Below, piece by piece: positions 62,511-64,000 of a stretch of DNA of 64,000 nucleotides (positions are counted from its first letter, which is position 1; each line of letters starts with the position of its first letter). The position numbers and the translations under genes were made by a program. Source of the DNA: Planctomycetes bacterium ADurb.Bin069 (GTDB lineage Bacteria > Planctomycetota > UBA8108 > UBA8890 > UBA8898); NCBI GenBank assembly GCA_002070955.1, contig MWEK01000001.1:80103-144102 (forward strand), written 5' to 3'. The notes under the pieces were generated by a model. That model was not told the origin of the DNA. It saw nothing but the letters and a program-made list of their open reading frames with translations, and made no database searches.

Positions 62511-63434
62511 CTAGGCGCGCAGCATAGCGTCCACCTCCGCCCGCGACGGCACCGAGGCCTGCGCGCCCAGGCGCGTCACGGAGATCGCGGCCGCGCAGTT
62601 GGCGAAGCGCACGGCGGCGGCCAGGGCGGCGCCCTCGGACAGCGCCACGGCCAGGGCGCCGTTGAAGGTGTCGCCCGCCGCGGTGGCGTCGACGGCCTCG
62701 ACCTCGAAGGCCGGCACATGCCCCTCCGCCGTCCCGCCGGAGTACCACGCGCCCTTGTCCCCCAGCTTGAGGATCACGCAGCGCGGCCCCTGAGCTCTCA
62801 GGGCGGCGGCCAACCGCGGCGCCTCCGCAAGGGCCACCTCTCCGGGCGGCCGTCCCAGCAGCAGCAAAGCCTCGGTTTCGTTCGGCGTGAGGATGTCCAC
62901 GTTCCCCAGCAGCGCCCGGCTCAACGGCCGCGCCGGCGCCGGATCCAGGATCACGGTCATGCCTCGCCCGCGGGCGAAGGCCGCCGCCGCCTCGACGGTC
63001 TCCTGCGGCGACTCGAGCTGCAGCAGCACATACCCTCCGGGGGTGAAGCAGTCCCCGGCGGCCTCGATATCCGCCGGCATGAACCGGTCGTTGGCGCCCG
63101 CGGCGATGACGATCATGTTCTGTCCGCCGCTCTCGACGAAGATCAGGGCCACGCCGGTGGCTTCGCCGGCCGTGCGCGCCACGCGTCCCGTGTCGACGCC
63201 CGCCGCCGCCAGGCTCGCTTTGAGCTGCTCGCCGAAGACATCGCCGCCCACCCGGCCCAACATCAGCCCCCGGCCCCCGAGCTTGCCCACGGCGCAGGCC
63301 TGGTTGGCTCCCTTGCCCCCCGGCAGGAGCTGAAAATCCCGGCCGCGCAGAGTCTGGCCCGGCGTGGGCAACGCCTGCATCTGCACGACGAAATCCATGT
63401 TCAGGCTTCCGGCAACGACGATCGGTGTCCGCAT
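62511..63434 (-). CDS. rbsK: ribokinase
   Basis: VAGSLNMDFV, PGGKGANQA, DATAAGDTFNGAL. Confidence 0.85.
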   Translation of the reverse strand: MRTPIVVAGSLNMDFVVQMQALPTPGQTLRGRDFQLLPGGKGANQACAVGKLGGRGLMLGRVGGDVFGEQLKASLAAAGVDTGRVARTAGEATGVALIFVESGGQNMIVIAAGANDRFMPADIEAAGDCFTPGGYVLLQLESPQETVEAAAAFARGRGMTVILDPAPARPLSRALLGNVDILTPNETEALLLLGRPPGEVALAEAPRLAAALRAQGPRCVILKLGDKGAWYSGGTAEGHVPAFEVEAVDATAAGDTFNGALAVALSEGAALAAAVRFANCAAAISVTRLGAQASVPSRAEVDAMLRA

Positions 63435-63450
63435 GCCGCCGCTCCCGCGC

Positions 63451-64000
63451 TTATGCCGCGCCCAGCCGCGCCCAGATGATCAGCGCCAGCCCCACCAGGT
63501 ACGAGACGAACATGGCCGCAAGCAGCTTCCCGGTGCCGCGCGGCGCCGCCTTGAACTCCTTCCAGACGAACACCCCCCAACAGGCCGCGATCAGGGTTGC
63601 GCCCTGTCCCAAACCGTAGGAAACCGAGGGATTGGCGCACTTGGACGCCAGGATGTTCAGCGCCATGCCCACGCTCCAGATCATGCCGCCGAGCACACCG
63701 ATGAGGTGCAGCCTCGCGTTCCCCTTTCTGAAGTAATCGGCGAAGGGCACCGGCGGACCGACGAAGGGCCGGCGCATGACAATGCCGTTCCAGAGGAAAC
63801 TCGACGCGAGGAGCCCCGCGGAGAAGACCGCCACGGCGGCGTAAGGATACAATCTGCCCGCATCGACGAGGACGCCGTCCTGCTCGACGGGCATGGACCG
63901 CACCACGAGGAGGTAGAAAAGCCCCATGAGCACGCCGGCGATGATCGAGACCGCGATGCCTTTGCCGGCGGTGCGCTCGCCCTGCGCCGGCAGCCGGCGA
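63451..64000 (-). CDS. GRP/RbsU-like sugar (ribose/glucose) uptake permease, 5' end beyond the window
   Basis: The reading frame stays open to the window edge. Multi-TM C-terminal half (GVLGGMIWSVGMALNILA...GQGATLIAACWGVFVWKEF). Sits directly upstream of rbsK. Confidence 0.55.
   Translation of the reverse strand, partial: RRLPAQGERTAGKGIAVSIIAGVLMGLFYLLVVRSMPVEQDGVLVDAGRLYPYAAVAVFSAGLLASSFLWNGIVMRRPFVGPPVPFADYFRKGNARLHLIGVLGGMIWSVGMALNILASKCANPSVSYGLGQGATLIAACWGVFVWKEFKAAPRGTGKLLAAMFVSYLVGLALIIWARLGAA

Noticed and set aside
1-64000. Search for mobile elements, prophage, toxin-antitoxin or defence islands, and rRNA/tRNA genes
   Set aside because: No transposase, integrase, recombinase, terminal inverted repeats, cas, restriction-modification or phage structural signatures were recognised in any frame. 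There are no cloverleaf-capable or rRNA-like segments. Apart from small intergenic AT-richer patches, composition looks uniform, so no horizontally acquired island is claimed.

Overview
High-GC (roughly 68-70% by eye) bacterial chromosomal segment. It is very gene dense, with about 55 protein-coding genes, and many neighbouring genes overlap in ATGA or GTGA start/stop junctions. I recognised no rRNA or tRNA genes and no transposase, integrase or phage genes. Most long ORFs in the six-frame track that run antisense to the genes called here are Arg/Pro/Gly-rich shadow ORFs typical of high-GC DNA. Housekeeping content: larC, cutA, sixA, plsY, a MEMO/AmrB-family gene, trxB-queD-CYTH-hisGDCBA, rplM-rpsI, rsmE, udg-mtaB-ridA-coaD, comEC-mtnA, purEC, and ruvC-der-mnmG-aroA-rbsK plus a sugar transporter that runs off the window end. 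Accessory content worth a second look: (1) An MglA-family Ras-like GTPase with an unusual C-terminal transmembrane tail, packed among three Roadblock/LC7 proteins (54-3104), one of which appears to need an AUU start codon. (2) A HEAT-repeat lipoprotein with an embedded degenerate receiver-like domain (3663-5933). (3) A double zinc-ribbon protein with a (G)nY low-complexity core (8103-8564). (4) An adjacent cohesin/dockerin gene pair (19706-23265) behind a near-consensus promoter and an inverted repeat. (5) A roughly 16-kb co-directional minus-strand block (43274 down to 27630). It holds a PilM-PilN fusion, two membrane-anchored partner proteins, two tandem secretin paralogues with long TPR/coiled-coil N-termini, then a HAD / GT4 / methyltransferase / TMTC-like GT-C+TPR glycosylation-type module. 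No pilin, ATPase or platform gene is in the window. (6) Two identical 29-nt repeats separated by a 33-nt AT-richer spacer with type I-E CRISPR-like repeat architecture (46493-46583), with no cas genes nearby. (7) A 1099-aa protein made of about 12 carboxypeptidase-regulatory-like repeats. Several near-consensus sigma70-type promoters (TTGACA-like, 17-nt spacer, TATAAT-like) are visible in the few real intergenic gaps. The taxon cannot be determined from this window. The Cys-containing dockerin tails, the TMTC-like enzyme and the PilM/secretin locus layout are reminiscent of PVC-type or candidate-phylum genomes, which is inference only.
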